Shown: positions 12,001 to 17,141 of the stretch, one piece after another | Layout: every line of letters begins with the position of its first letter | Numbering within the stretch: position 1 is the first letter of the stretch | Assembly: GCA_965209065.1 (NCBI GenBank) | Contig: OZ242373.1 | Coordinates: 467,533-531,532 of the forward strand | Length of the DNA stretch: 64,000 bases | From: Alphaproteobacteria bacterium | GTDB taxonomy: Bacteria > Pseudomonadota > Alphaproteobacteria > JAPOUT01 > G958296285 | Direction: 5' to 3' | The notes under the pieces: model-generated | Database searches by the model: none | Told to the model about the DNA's origin: nothing | What the model saw: only the letters and a program-made list of their open reading frames with translations | Made by a program: the position numbers and the translations under genes

Positions 12001-13809
12001 AGTAATGGTGGTTGCTTTATCGGTAGCGAAGTTGAGCCTGGCGGGGTCAAGGTAAAGTAACCCATTTGCTCTTATCACACCACCGAGAGTGATCGTGCCA
12101 CCATTAAGGTGGGTAGTGCCGGTGTCATCAAATATAATTTCATTTCCGGCGATAAAGGTTATATCCTTACCGACATTAGCTGTTGAGCCACTGAAACGGA
12201 TATCATTTGTGGCGTTGAAAGTGAAATGGGATGAGCCGCTTGAGAATCCTTGATCAACACTCTTATCGCGTATGGTTATATTGTTGGCGCTAAGCGTAAT
12301 AGTGCCATTGTCGTCAGGGTGCTGGAACAAGAAAGATGATGTCCCGCCAGCGGATAAGAATAAATCGCCGGTGCCGACATTTATATCTTTGGTGATAGTG
12401 AGTCCTATGTTGCCAGCGGTGCTAACGGTAATGGAGAGGCTTCTGTTTAGCTCCACCATCCAATCGCGCACGGTGAACTGTGCGCTACTTCTGCTATCAG
12501 TTATCTCAAGGGCAGAGAGGTTCAAGGTTAAGTTGCTTAAAGTAGAGGGGAAAGCTGCGGTGGTTTGCTCCCACTTAAAGGTAGCCGCATTGATGATGTT
12601 TGCGTTTGTGAATGTGGGGAGTGCGCCACTGCTGATACTCACCACTTCGGCGGCGAGGGTCGCGCCAGAGAAAGTGAGCGCGGTGGCAGCAGTTAAAGTG
12701 AGGTTTTGATCCGTTCCCGTCCCGCTCATTGTTATATTTTGGTTGATGTTAATTGTCGGCGCAATGAGCGTTAGATTGCCAGCGGCTTTGGTGATAGCCT
12801 CATCAAGCGTTATCGATGTGCCTGCCGCCAGCGAAACATCGCCCGCAAAAGCCGCGATAGACGCCGCCGAAATAACAAAATCACCCGTGCCATCGTCCGC
12901 TAGAACTGCGCCATCGCTGACTTCGCCATTATTATTGGTCGTCTCTGTGTCAATCGTGATGGTGTCAGGGTCAAGCAGTAGCTCCCCCGCTTTCACTTTC
13001 GATAGAGCAAACGAGGCTAAATGCTGCTTGCCCGATATTTCAACAAATCCACTTGATGCATCTATATTGCCTTGAAAATTCGTGTTGCCGTCCGACCAAA
13101 TAATCACGCGCGGTGACTCTATGAACGCGCCCGACTCCACAATCGTTCTTTGCGCGTTAGCAATAGCTCCCTTGCCTTGAAAACCACCCCCAACTAAAAC
13201 TTCTTTATTCGCCGTTAGGGTAGCCGTTGAGCCAAGCCTCACTTCGCCCGCACCCTCTACAATGATACTCTGCGCCTCAATGACACCGCCAACATTGACA
13301 ACGCTATTATTCGCTAAACTCTGTAAATGAACCTCGCCCGAAAGCGCAGTAATAACGCCATCTGCCCGAACCGCGCCAGCACTTGTGCCTGAGGCAGACG
13401 CACTCGCCAGCAAGCCGCCAACATTCACCACAGAACCCGCGCTAAACTCCACACCCGCAGGATTCTCCAACGAAACCCGACCATTCGCCGTTAATGTGCC
13501 TGCTATGGTCGTGCCGCCGCCGTTCCTCACTTTTATCGAAATTAACGCAGAAGCAGAGGGCTGCGCTATATCCACGACCTCATTTTTCGCAATGTCAAAA
13601 CTCTCCCAGCTCGTGCCGAGATAAGCACTATTTTGCTTTATCTGCAAAGGGTTAGTGAGGTCGCCCGCACCCTGCGTGACTCTGCCGCCACTCGGCGCCG
13701 CGAAAGCTCCGCCAAACGAAGTTGATGCCAAAAAAGCAAGCAAAACAAGCGGCTTTCCCGCTCTATTGCCCACTCTACTTATTAAGCGCATAGCTGGTCT
13801 TGGATACAT
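1..13809 (-). CDS. Giant filamentous-haemagglutinin-like (TpsA-type) secreted beta-helical repeat protein; 3' end cut by the window edge (>=4603 codons)
   Basis: Absent from the ORF track because there is no in-window stop. Plus-strand triplets in register 1,4,7... contain no TTA/CTA/TCA anywhere from 1 to 13809, so the minus frame is open; CTA and TTA appear in that register immediately upstream of the start. ATG at 13809 (in-frame alternative 13791) follows AGGGAGGA (13813-13820). The N-terminus reads MYPRPAMRLISRVGNRAGKPLVLLAFLASTSFGGAFAAPSGG, then TPS-domain motifs: SWESFDI, TLTANGRVSLENPAGVEFSAGSVVNVGGLLAS, VIIWSDGNTNFQGNI, GFVEISGK, LLLDPDTITI. At least 24 rungs of type T-P-T-A-S-N-Q-D-L-T follow. 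Confidence 0.9.
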   Translation of the reverse strand, partial: MYPRPAMRLISRVGNRAGKPLVLLAFLASTSFGGAFAAPSGGRVTQGAGDLTNPLQIKQNSAYLGTSWESFDIAKNEVVDIAQPSASALISIKVRNGGGTTIAGTLTANGRVSLENPAGVEFSAGSVVNVGGLLASASASGTSAGAVRADGVITALSGEVHLQSLANNSVVNVGGVIEAQSIIVEGAGEVRLGSTATLTANKEVLVGGGFQGKGAIANAQRTIVESGAFIESPRVIIWSDGNTNFQGNIDASSGFVEISGKQHLASFALSKVKAGELLLDPDTITIDTETTNNNGEVSDGAVLADDGTGDFVISAASIAAFAGDVSLAAGTSITLDEAITKAAGNLTLIAPTININQNITMSGTGTDQNLTLTAATALTFSGATLAAEVVSISSGALPTFTNANIINAATFKWEQTTAAFPSTLSNLTLNLSALEITDSRSSAQFTVRDWMVELNRSLSITVSTAGNIGLTITKDINVGTGDLFLSAGGTSSFLFQHPDDNGTITLSANNITIRDKSVDQGFSSGSSHFTFNATNDIRFSGSTANVGKDITFIAGNEIIFDDTGTTHLNGGTITLGGVIRANGLLYLDPARLNFATDKATTITAPAITFEGPNTSTPSGRDLTLKATGAITITGSIDIGRGTFRAESPTFPATAAAYTALFSSVTSRDSAFVYTGDTPLAFTSASFADGESLSVIAATADIDLTATPTIDIGTGNLSLEAKAGALLFATDAATAITAANVRLISGSETPTTTNQALTITTGNFALGGNFNIGTGDLSLTLSGKISYVKPITFMHTGATTVMTTSSSNFNVQLWMINADKDLSITATLSDINVFNSIELGTGDLTLEAQVGSIHFFLVKPDPPLTAEQRAAIKPLTTITAASIKLVSTRELYFGLGDQNLTITATGEVFLGGHYNFGDGDLSITGAPIQFSSESHNSLAAGNITLNTSGTATASNKNLHLTTAGSLTLSNTIAIGTGGLTLESSATKLFESAAAPAITFQGELSLIFTGSGSLTIPAWAAVDEIALSVTATKGDIIVPSLSIGSVALTIEAQVGAINFATDAAVTLNAGGVTLTSIGTPTASNQDVTIMSGDKLNLKGNFNSGSGDFSFTAGTIEFKFIVDSSSDVSIAGKDLTFTSTTKGSNNFIDLVLAPTGTIAITEAGGIDLGSESSFILSGSSADVFATAPPSISSSRTLLLYTGTGNFTIPAWAVVSGKTLRVTAATGNILVANSINVGNSADIHLTAEVGAINFATDKDITLAARRINLTSTGTATPSNNNLTLKPEAESDAFNIEGAFNLGTGSLIMESYQGRYFDEALFDKFTKGGFGFISRGLEPANDIGVPSWGIVKGKNLLVQSQLRNVFVPHTIDLGTGNLTIMADKSLIFSTSNPITLTAGNISLASPSITRRDSNQNLTITASGVLNMTGRYFFSGGDVSLSFAGTGEQAPAPTSIDTRNLTLTYTAAAGADNYLALKSWMGNSNRQELTLTTTNNTNVVLEVAQPITNTLTIDAYRILVLSTTDIESLSSVPIKTMNLTARSTGSGDEAGIHLASRSYFIFQAFEGIITISSSHIQLAGEGDDKSSIIIHSNEVIFTKETTINGGNIFLHGNIKAQSPTSGSPTSGSSTGELQNLSITAATDGAISFTGQPTSVKTNSTITAANLTLNSAIKTGDASNRDLTLKASGTLTITGSFTIGTGRLTIENSNVLPQATFDLFVRGSTGIIYTGNADLSIPDWAIESGKSLSVVATKANINVPIEITIGTVADLTLEAQTRALNFSTASETMITANRLTLISVGTPTASNKDLTVTFQSSVRLGGKFDTGSRHISITTSNTNSTATVTLSDKTATSLNGANITLISHFGTPTASNQDFTITASGAIALGTPLATGSGNISITSGAAAAIEFTTGRDIKLTGNHIALNSGTKASPTTGDKDATIRATGIITLGGNFNTGDGNFKASSGSRFPINLSTARATNITTNDGELTSSGGISIPSNQDFTITTTSTNSGFTLAGTFDLGSGDFTATIEEDLRFSESGINTTIIANDIGIATGIETQFARDINLTFIAAGEISVNANLKIGNGLLILGGTTPPDAAEYDGIVPSVDRGGIGFIYSGAGSFTIPQSMIMEDKDLYIGARNASAKLVVPASVNLGTGKLTIEVRRGALMFSTTETTTIEAANITLFSAKSSPNHQSVKLIPASNGTITLGGKFDFGRGSFHIREGNNVIRSAALSVSGQNITLRFADSTSNNHALTINARGGVALAGLINTGTGDISVMSGTGSPINFVGTTTHYLIGNNIYLHSRGPAPAPSHRALHIIARNDIEMSGNFSTSFRSSASPIGSDIVIAAGTRLTTSFSLSKLNLLLVRLEPSGTDGQLLFDGGSSRTSITGNNILLISRSGTRRGNQNTSITASGNVTLRGTFANANDLSITAGQYGTFKFSKSLPTSIDVTGKLTLLSLSGVSPAPSNQDLTLTASGGVLLGGIFNAGTGDLSITGAPINFSTERRTILAANDITLTSTGSARASNQDLALIATGLYAFSGTLSIGSGELSLYSNNEDAYASAPAVTSNKVHILYTGGLESDDFVIPSWMMQNELVSVTAYNANIMVPTSFDLGNKDLILIAKVASLKFSSTSATSISARNITLISTRIDPTENAQNLTITASGTLMLGGNFTRTGGNITATSGASSPFNIAAISNGLSLRGNNISLMSRGGVPTPSDKVFSIVASGAVTLGGSFDTGSGNITIESGLVHVLDAQGNLTRTGDGAPINFSTAMATSLKGNDIYLLASGGTPAPSGRALALDASGDLTLEGTFDIGTGTLNLLAARFSGADAIINRGALNLTYKGTDSFGLLGWMARGGENKDLSITATQGNITLNSISLGTGELTVNAQQGVIAFIESGASLTAKNITLTSAGDTPISVIISTVTLTATETITISGTYSIARTQFYLNAQLELRGNGLGLIAFNAPNVIFGGDSFNLHLQAMGNYLTFQEGAIITANSPVSLIAIREVTANSQVFDLPAWAMIDGINLSVVSPQGAPPLSRIIRIPDGFDIGDGTLSIKGGGGFHLLGPSSGEDASPLVFGAIEIIYTGGKDEFAIPAWAIRENADLSVIHEGDDGEIVVPNTLNIGSGSLYLNASEFQAEDTGTYNWGSIEIDFIGSPRADTPNPRNWMTSVRAAHFTIRADELDLRNINITGNLTIEVRETIEIAEDAIFFPRYGQNFTFIYHGEQDLLLVEDAVSFNTRLEDFSNSDTTQPVTTFDYTTTKGEERSFTSYAPIPFLRGSFGKNLSITATKSALHVISAIDLGNGNLTLKAAEGGLHFSADVGTIRARNVELISDGNEIALFSDIPSYDPPLEDGGTGLGTITTVEKIIPVGYDLSTTALGSPLSVIAGGRVKLGGFFSTGRQAFTVIAGAGSSITFDEEEPTHILGGVVTLISNGRSAAASDQDFEIIDAFEVNIGGVFNTGAGDFSINSDVINFSADLPTSIRANNLTLTATSTTETPTQSNQALTLITAGVLTLNGAFDIGSGALTLTIGDKDESLFNVATAATTSLRAGSFTLTNAPTIERVEALELIYTGNGAYAIPAWAILENRDLIITNLNGGISVPNGFDIGNGFLTLRGLSFSVSGSEARTWAWLNAIYVGANAFDIPSWMRTSDADLTITATKADINVPTSLNLGDNRLALVAVEGELLFASSGATTLEASTIILFSTSDTPRSSNQNLTLLAARDILLGGTFDIGSGTFTLTAAPNVNALPSGVHAGIAFARNMATTLKGANLVLTSAGASPSGSEAAVRLEASDQITISGFLTVGLELDNFFTLSAAKFDVSLANPVRPRSLRVIYTGSGDFTIPAWVVAALDEISVVYRAGKIIIPTSFDITQGRTALSLTAMEFEAEGNSVAYGSDLSLTYLGTETFGIPNWAKFVNNAVGDLTVIATEADINSGIPMVLRDSPNGERYFALTLIAEKGALIFRNVGETIITASRISLRSAVAQATPSDQNLTLTALGDISLEGFIDIGDGVLSVNAGNSGAIGVIRFGTDGATPDAARVPVVLTASAIALSQMNVSFASSVDATFVIPSGGKPTITNLGIQPQEAYDWFEVPALVIDVTEANIDIADLLANNDMFMKFSIDDDGVLDFGAYDITFRTTASELANPSDLATDGFIIFPSSVRVIKAFSLTLEALGITETGRTIGGAGVAHLFSESITINVNDTFTLTSSLFSAKNITITARIFDARGRVSANADQGAENDGDAFVRATEGIIGGFFIGGSKTVIDTPSITTAEGATPVLGGKITFLRSVVITTSGNTNLGNAEIIVQGYFTLITTSTFIITSAASIVALGVHIEAAGVVEDGFASDFDIYSFDGVSFDADLTPLSIDPASPFRGDLNIYPLSATEILTRLDLIVPDATNSKIDDLRAIATAHIADSSNPALTSDQAAELAKLGAQKLDIETRKQFLVTSLVENSITELTSQGREALLLTLARLGDPAATNRLVLEKGLIVPPGGNPLSILEFELPEEGLPSVDGGLFPFFISGTLTMGEGNDFNILGQTIGGEVMPLDRTIAFRGETNITMNDNSAFSIKGALAISLPNIVNGEAVTGNVLIKGDNIIINTVRQ
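8945..8974. repeat. 15-bp in-frame tandem duplication inside the giant gene (SPTSG x2), each unit carrying the palindrome CCACTAGTGG
   Basis: GACCCACTAGTGGGC (8945-59) and GACCCACTAGTGGGG (8960-74), 14/15 identical. The minus-strand reading is QSPTSGSPTSGSS. Confidence 0.85.
12940..13720 (-). other. TPS (haemagglutination-activity / two-partner-secretion) domain of the giant protein, about residues 30-290
   Basis: My own translation of the reverse complement gives VTQGAGDL..IKQNSAYLGTSWESFDIAKNEVVDIAQPSASALISIKVRNGGGTTIAGTLTANGRVSLENPAGVEF...GGGFQGKGAIANAQRTIVESGAFIESPRVIIWSDGNTNFQGNIDASSGFVEISGKQHL...AGELLLDPDTITID. This follows the known FHA/ShlA-type TPS pattern, with NPAGV in place of the NPNGI motif. 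Boundaries are approximate. Confidence 0.8.
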
Positions 13810-13844
13810 AAATCCTCCCTAATTTTAGTGCCTACTCACCATAG

Positions 13845-13873
13845 AAAGTAAACGAATATCAATTCTTTTTCAA
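13845..13873 (-). promoter_or_regulatory. Candidate sigma70-type promoter for the giant gene (TTGAAA-N17-TACTTT on the minus strand)
   Basis: The reverse complement reads TTGAAA (13873-13868), a 17-nt spacer, then TACTTT (13850-13845), about 35 nt upstream of the ATG. The -10 is weak, and the upstream gene could also read through. Confidence 0.25.
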
Positions 13874-13882
13874 GAAAAATTT

Positions 13883-13922
13883 TTATCACTTTATTGCTTT
13901 ATTGCCTTATTGCTTTATTTTC
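13883..13922. repeat. 8-bp tandem array x5 (TTATCACT TTATTGCT TTATTGCC TTATTGCT TTATTTTC) spanning the stop codon of the propeller gene
   Basis: Read directly from the sequence. The period is exactly 8 bp. Each unit carries TTA, which is TAA on the coding (minus) strand, at 13883/13891/13899/13907/13915, so all three frames are covered. The real stop is 13907-13909. Confidence 0.85.
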
Positions 13923-15499
13923 CACACGTTAGCGAACTCATCGGAAGTGAAATAGACCGCGCCGTCCTTGCCTACCGCTATTCCTGTCGGCACAACCGTG
14001 GAGACGGGTCCCCCCGAAAACTTGTTAATCGGCAAGCGAGAGGCTAAAACCTTCCTGTTGCCAGCCTTGTCTATCGCCAAAATGCGCTTGAGCTTCGTCT
14101 CCGCTACCACAAAACGCCCGTCAGGCAGGAATGCCAAGCCCTCCGCTCCCTGCAGACCCTGAACAATCACCGACAACTTGCGAGACCTCAAGTTGAACCC
14201 AAAAAGGCGACCCGCCTTGTTCTCCAAGATGTAAAGCGTCTTCTTGTCGCGACTTAACAATAGGTTCGCAGGAGAACCCACTAAACCAGTCGCAAAGGTC
14301 TTCTTCTTTTTCCAACCCTTGCCGCTCAAGCGCAACAGCTTGCCAGTCGCAAACTCCGCCACAAGCAAATCGCCGTTCGGCATCTCTACCGCATCATGCG
14401 GAGTCGTGAAGCCGTGTAGCAATGCCAACGAACGCTTCGTCTTGCGGTCCAAAACCTGAACCGAACCCGCCGACCAACCCGTAAGCAAAATATACTTCGC
14501 GGTCAGCTTGATGTTAATCGGGTAGTCAATCTCATCGCCAAATACCCGCGCTATCGTCTTCACCTCGCGCGTCTGCACGTTAATCGAGCGAAGCGCAAAT
14601 ACATCAGCAACGTAAAGCGTCTCAACCCCATTCTCATCGCCAATCGCCAAACCTCCCGCCGCCGCAAGCTTGCCCGATATAATCGTCCTCGACTCCCCAG
14701 TCTTTTTATCTATCTCTATAATCGCGTTATCCGACATATTAGAAATAAACAGCCGACCATCTTTATCAAACGCGAGGTTGTCAATCGCCGGATTCACTTT
14801 GGCTATCACCTTCTTCTTCCCGCTCTTGCGATTCACGCGAATGACCTGACCCAAAGACGTATCCACAACATAAAGCGCACCAGTCTTAGGGTCGATGTTC
14901 ACCGCCGCCGGCGTTTTGAAGCCGCTCGCAATCGTCCTCATCTTCGCCTTCGCCAAATCTACCTCAACCACCTTGCCCTTAAACCAAAGCGGTCCGTAAA
15001 GCTTGCCGTTCTTGTCTATCTCAAAGCCGTTCAATCCGCCCATGCCCTCCATTATTTTACGCGGCGGCTTCTTGCCCGATGGGTCCAGCTCGTAAAGCGC
15101 ATCACCCAGAAAAACCTGCGTGGCGTAAAGCCTGCCGTCCGCCGCAAACGCAAGCGAATTCATGCCCGGTAACTTCTCGGCAATCGTCCGAATCTCCCCC
15201 GAACCATCTCTGATGTAAACCTTGCCGTCCAAAAATGCCGTCCAAGCAAGCGTGTCCTTGCCGTAAAATGCAACATCATCGGCTTGACCCAAAGGCGGCG
15301 GAACAAGAACCGAACGCGTCCCGCTCTCTATATCAACCGCGTAAAGAGTCGAACCCAAAACCGAACCCGCAAGCAATCGCCCCTGCTGGTCAAATCCAAT
15401 CCCGTGTATGCCGTGAAACGGAGACTTCGGCGTTATCTCCTCTATGTTCGAACAACCCACCGCAAGCAATAAAGCTCCAAGCAAAATATAATGTTTCAT
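13907..15499 (-). CDS. Lipoprotein with about 11-12 beta-propeller blades (NHL / SMP-30-gluconolactonase-like repeats; probably two six-bladed propellers)
   Basis: 530-aa ORF with SD AAGGGAGGA 5 nt before the ATG at 15499. Signal peptide with lipobox MKHYILLGALLLAVGC. A recurrent ~44-aa unit is visible: GIGFDQQGRLLAGS, NSLAFAADGRLYAT, NGFEIDKNGKLYGP, AVNIDPKTGALYVVD, NLAFDKDGRLFISN, GLAFLPDGRFVVAE, GIAVGKDGAVYFTSD. Confidence 0.85.
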   Translation of the reverse strand: MKHYILLGALLLAVGCSNIEEITPKSPFHGIHGIGFDQQGRLLAGSVLGSTLYAVDIESGTRSVLVPPPLGQADDVAFYGKDTLAWTAFLDGKVYIRDGSGEIRTIAEKLPGMNSLAFAADGRLYATQVFLGDALYELDPSGKKPPRKIMEGMGGLNGFEIDKNGKLYGPLWFKGKVVEVDLAKAKMRTIASGFKTPAAVNIDPKTGALYVVDTSLGQVIRVNRKSGKKKVIAKVNPAIDNLAFDKDGRLFISNMSDNAIIEIDKKTGESRTIISGKLAAAGGLAIGDENGVETLYVADVFALRSINVQTREVKTIARVFGDEIDYPINIKLTAKYILLTGWSAGSVQVLDRKTKRSLALLHGFTTPHDAVEMPNGDLLVAEFATGKLLRLSGKGWKKKKTFATGLVGSPANLLLSRDKKTLYILENKAGRLFGFNLRSRKLSVIVQGLQGAEGLAFLPDGRFVVAETKLKRILAIDKAGNRKVLASRLPINKFSGGPVSTVVPTGIAVGKDGAVYFTSDEFANVWKIKQ

Positions 15500-15533
15500 T
15501 TTTTCCTCCCTTATAAAAGTTTAAGTGTAAAAG

Positions 15534-15965
15534 TTATGAATTAAGTGCCTTAGCAATTTTATCCGCAATCGGCTGGAGCGTGCTCGCCTCGACCATCGTG
15601 CGCCCGTGTAGCGTCGGCGGCGCATCGTTCGCCTTGCGCGGAATAATATGAAAATGTAAATGAAAAACCGTTTGTCCCGCCGCCTCGCCGTTGAGCTGCA
15701 GTATAACAATGCCATCGCTGCCCAGCACCCGCTTCACCGCACGCGAGATTTCTTGCGTCGCCTTTATCACGCTCGCCGCGAACTCCGGCGGTAAGGAGAA
15801 AATATCCTCCGCAGGATACTTAGGCACAACCAGACAATGACCCTCCGCCGCAGGCATGATGTCCATAAAGCAAAGCCAGTCAGCGCCCTCCGACACCTTC
15901 ACGCACGGCGCATCGCCACGTAAAATTTTAGCGAAAATGTTAGCATCATCGTAAGCCATCTGCAC
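15534..15965 (-). CDS. HIT-family (histidine triad) nucleotide hydrolase/transferase
   Basis: 143 aa with the histidine-triad motif VFHLHFHIIPR. AGGAGG lies 5 nt upstream of the ATG at 15965. Confidence 0.9.
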   Translation of the reverse strand: MQMAYDDANIFAKILRGDAPCVKVSEGADWLCFMDIMPAAEGHCLVVPKYPAEDIFSLPPEFAASVIKATQEISRAVKRVLGSDGIVILQLNGEAAGQTVFHLHFHIIPRKANDAPPTLHGRTMVEASTLQPIADKIAKALNS

Positions 15966-15983
15966 CTCCTGCCACTGCTTTTA

Positions 15984-17141
15984 TTATAAGGGCTTTTTTC
16001 GAAAAGGGGTAGCATTATTAAGGTAAGCAATCTCCGCGCTCGTGGCTTGCTTTTCGTGCTGGAGATAGTCGCCAACCGCGCGCGCAAGCCCCTCGTGCGC
16101 TATCGCATGCGCCGAGTAAGTCTTCACCGGAATGTAGCCGCGCTCGATTTTATGCTCACCCTGAGCACCCGCCTCTACCACCTGCAGCTGATGCGCTATC
16201 GCGTAATCTATCGCCTGATAATAACTTAACTCAAAGTGGAGGCAGTCTTGGTATTCGGTGCAGCCCCAGTATCTGCCGTAAAGTTTCGTCTTGTCTATGA
16301 AGTTTAACGCCGCGGCAATCGGTTTATCTGCACGAAAAGCCATAATCAGCAAAATCCTATCGGCAAGCCTCTCGCTTAAAAGAGAAAAGGCATCGCGCGT
16401 CAAATAGGGTCTGCCCCATTTGCGCGAACCCGTATCCATATAAAACTCAAAGAAATAATCCCACAGCGTTTCTGTTAGCGCGCTACCAGTGAAATGCTTA
16501 ATCTCTAAGTTTTCTTGTGCGCGTTTGCGCTCTTTGCGAATGTTTTTGCGGCGGCGCGAGGTCATCTCGCCTAGAAAATCATCAAACGAGCTATACCCCT
16601 TGTTGTGCCAGTGAAATTGATAATGCGTGCGCGACATCATCATGTAGTCTTGAGTGCGAGTGGGGGGGCAGTCTTGCGTGCAGGCACGCCATTGGTCTTC
16701 GGCTAAAAAATTTATGTGAAGCGAGCTTGCCTCAGTGGTTGCCATCGCTTGACGCGCGGCGTTCAATAAGGGCGCGTAATACTTTTTGTCTCCAAGCAAG
16801 CGACTGCCGCCAACCGGCGTGAAGGGAACGCACGAGCAAAGTTTAGGATAATAGCTTTGTCCCGCGCGCTCTAACGCGTCTGCCCAGCCGTGGTCAAAAA
16901 TATATTCGCCTTGCGAGTGCGCTTTGAGATAAAGCGGCATCGCCGCGCGGAGCTTGTCCTCTTCCTCTAAAATTAAGTGGCACGGCTGCCAGCCGGTGCG
17001 CGGCGCAACGCAATGCGACTCCTCTAAAGCCGACAAAAATTCGTGAGAGAGACAAACCTGTTCCTGCGTGAGGGCGTTCCACCGCTCGGCGCTTATTTTA
17101 TTTATCGCAGGTAAAAGACGCGCTGTTATTTTTTTATTCAT
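15984..17141 (-). CDS. FemAB-like / GNAT-fold acyltransferase family protein (DUF482-type)
   Basis: 385-aa ORF. The N-terminal pattern (..ISAERWNAL...SHEFLSALEES....GWQPCHL) and the length fit the FemAB-like family common in Alphaproteobacteria, as I recall it. Its start abuts the ridA stop (TAAATG). Confidence 0.6.
   Translation of the reverse strand: MNKKITARLLPAINKISAERWNALTQEQVCLSHEFLSALEESHCVAPRTGWQPCHLILEEEDKLRAAMPLYLKAHSQGEYIFDHGWADALERAGQSYYPKLCSCVPFTPVGGSRLLGDKKYYAPLLNAARQAMATTEASSLHINFLAEDQWRACTQDCPPTRTQDYMMMSRTHYQFHWHNKGYSSFDDFLGEMTSRRRKNIRKERKRAQENLEIKHFTGSALTETLWDYFFEFYMDTGSRKWGRPYLTRDAFSLLSERLADRILLIMAFRADKPIAAALNFIDKTKLYGRYWGCTEYQDCLHFELSYYQAIDYAIAHQLQVVEAGAQGEHKIERGYIPVKTYSAHAIAHEGLARAVGDYLQHEKQATSAEIAYLNNATPFRKKPL

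Noticed and set aside
1-13624. About 40 plus-strand ORFs (60-268 aa) listed in the track across the first 13.6 kb (e.g. 11-679, 3140-3709, 5492-6031, 6424-7110, 7841-8647, 10262-10816), plus short minus-strand ORFs in other frames (3048-3263, 3405-3602, 4458-4763)
   Set aside because: They all lie inside the single open minus-strand frame of the giant TPS-domain gene. Their translations are low-complexity Ala/Val/Ser/Pro/Arg strings with no SDs. They are antisense or off-frame shadows produced by the GNN/NNC-biased repeat codons of the real gene.
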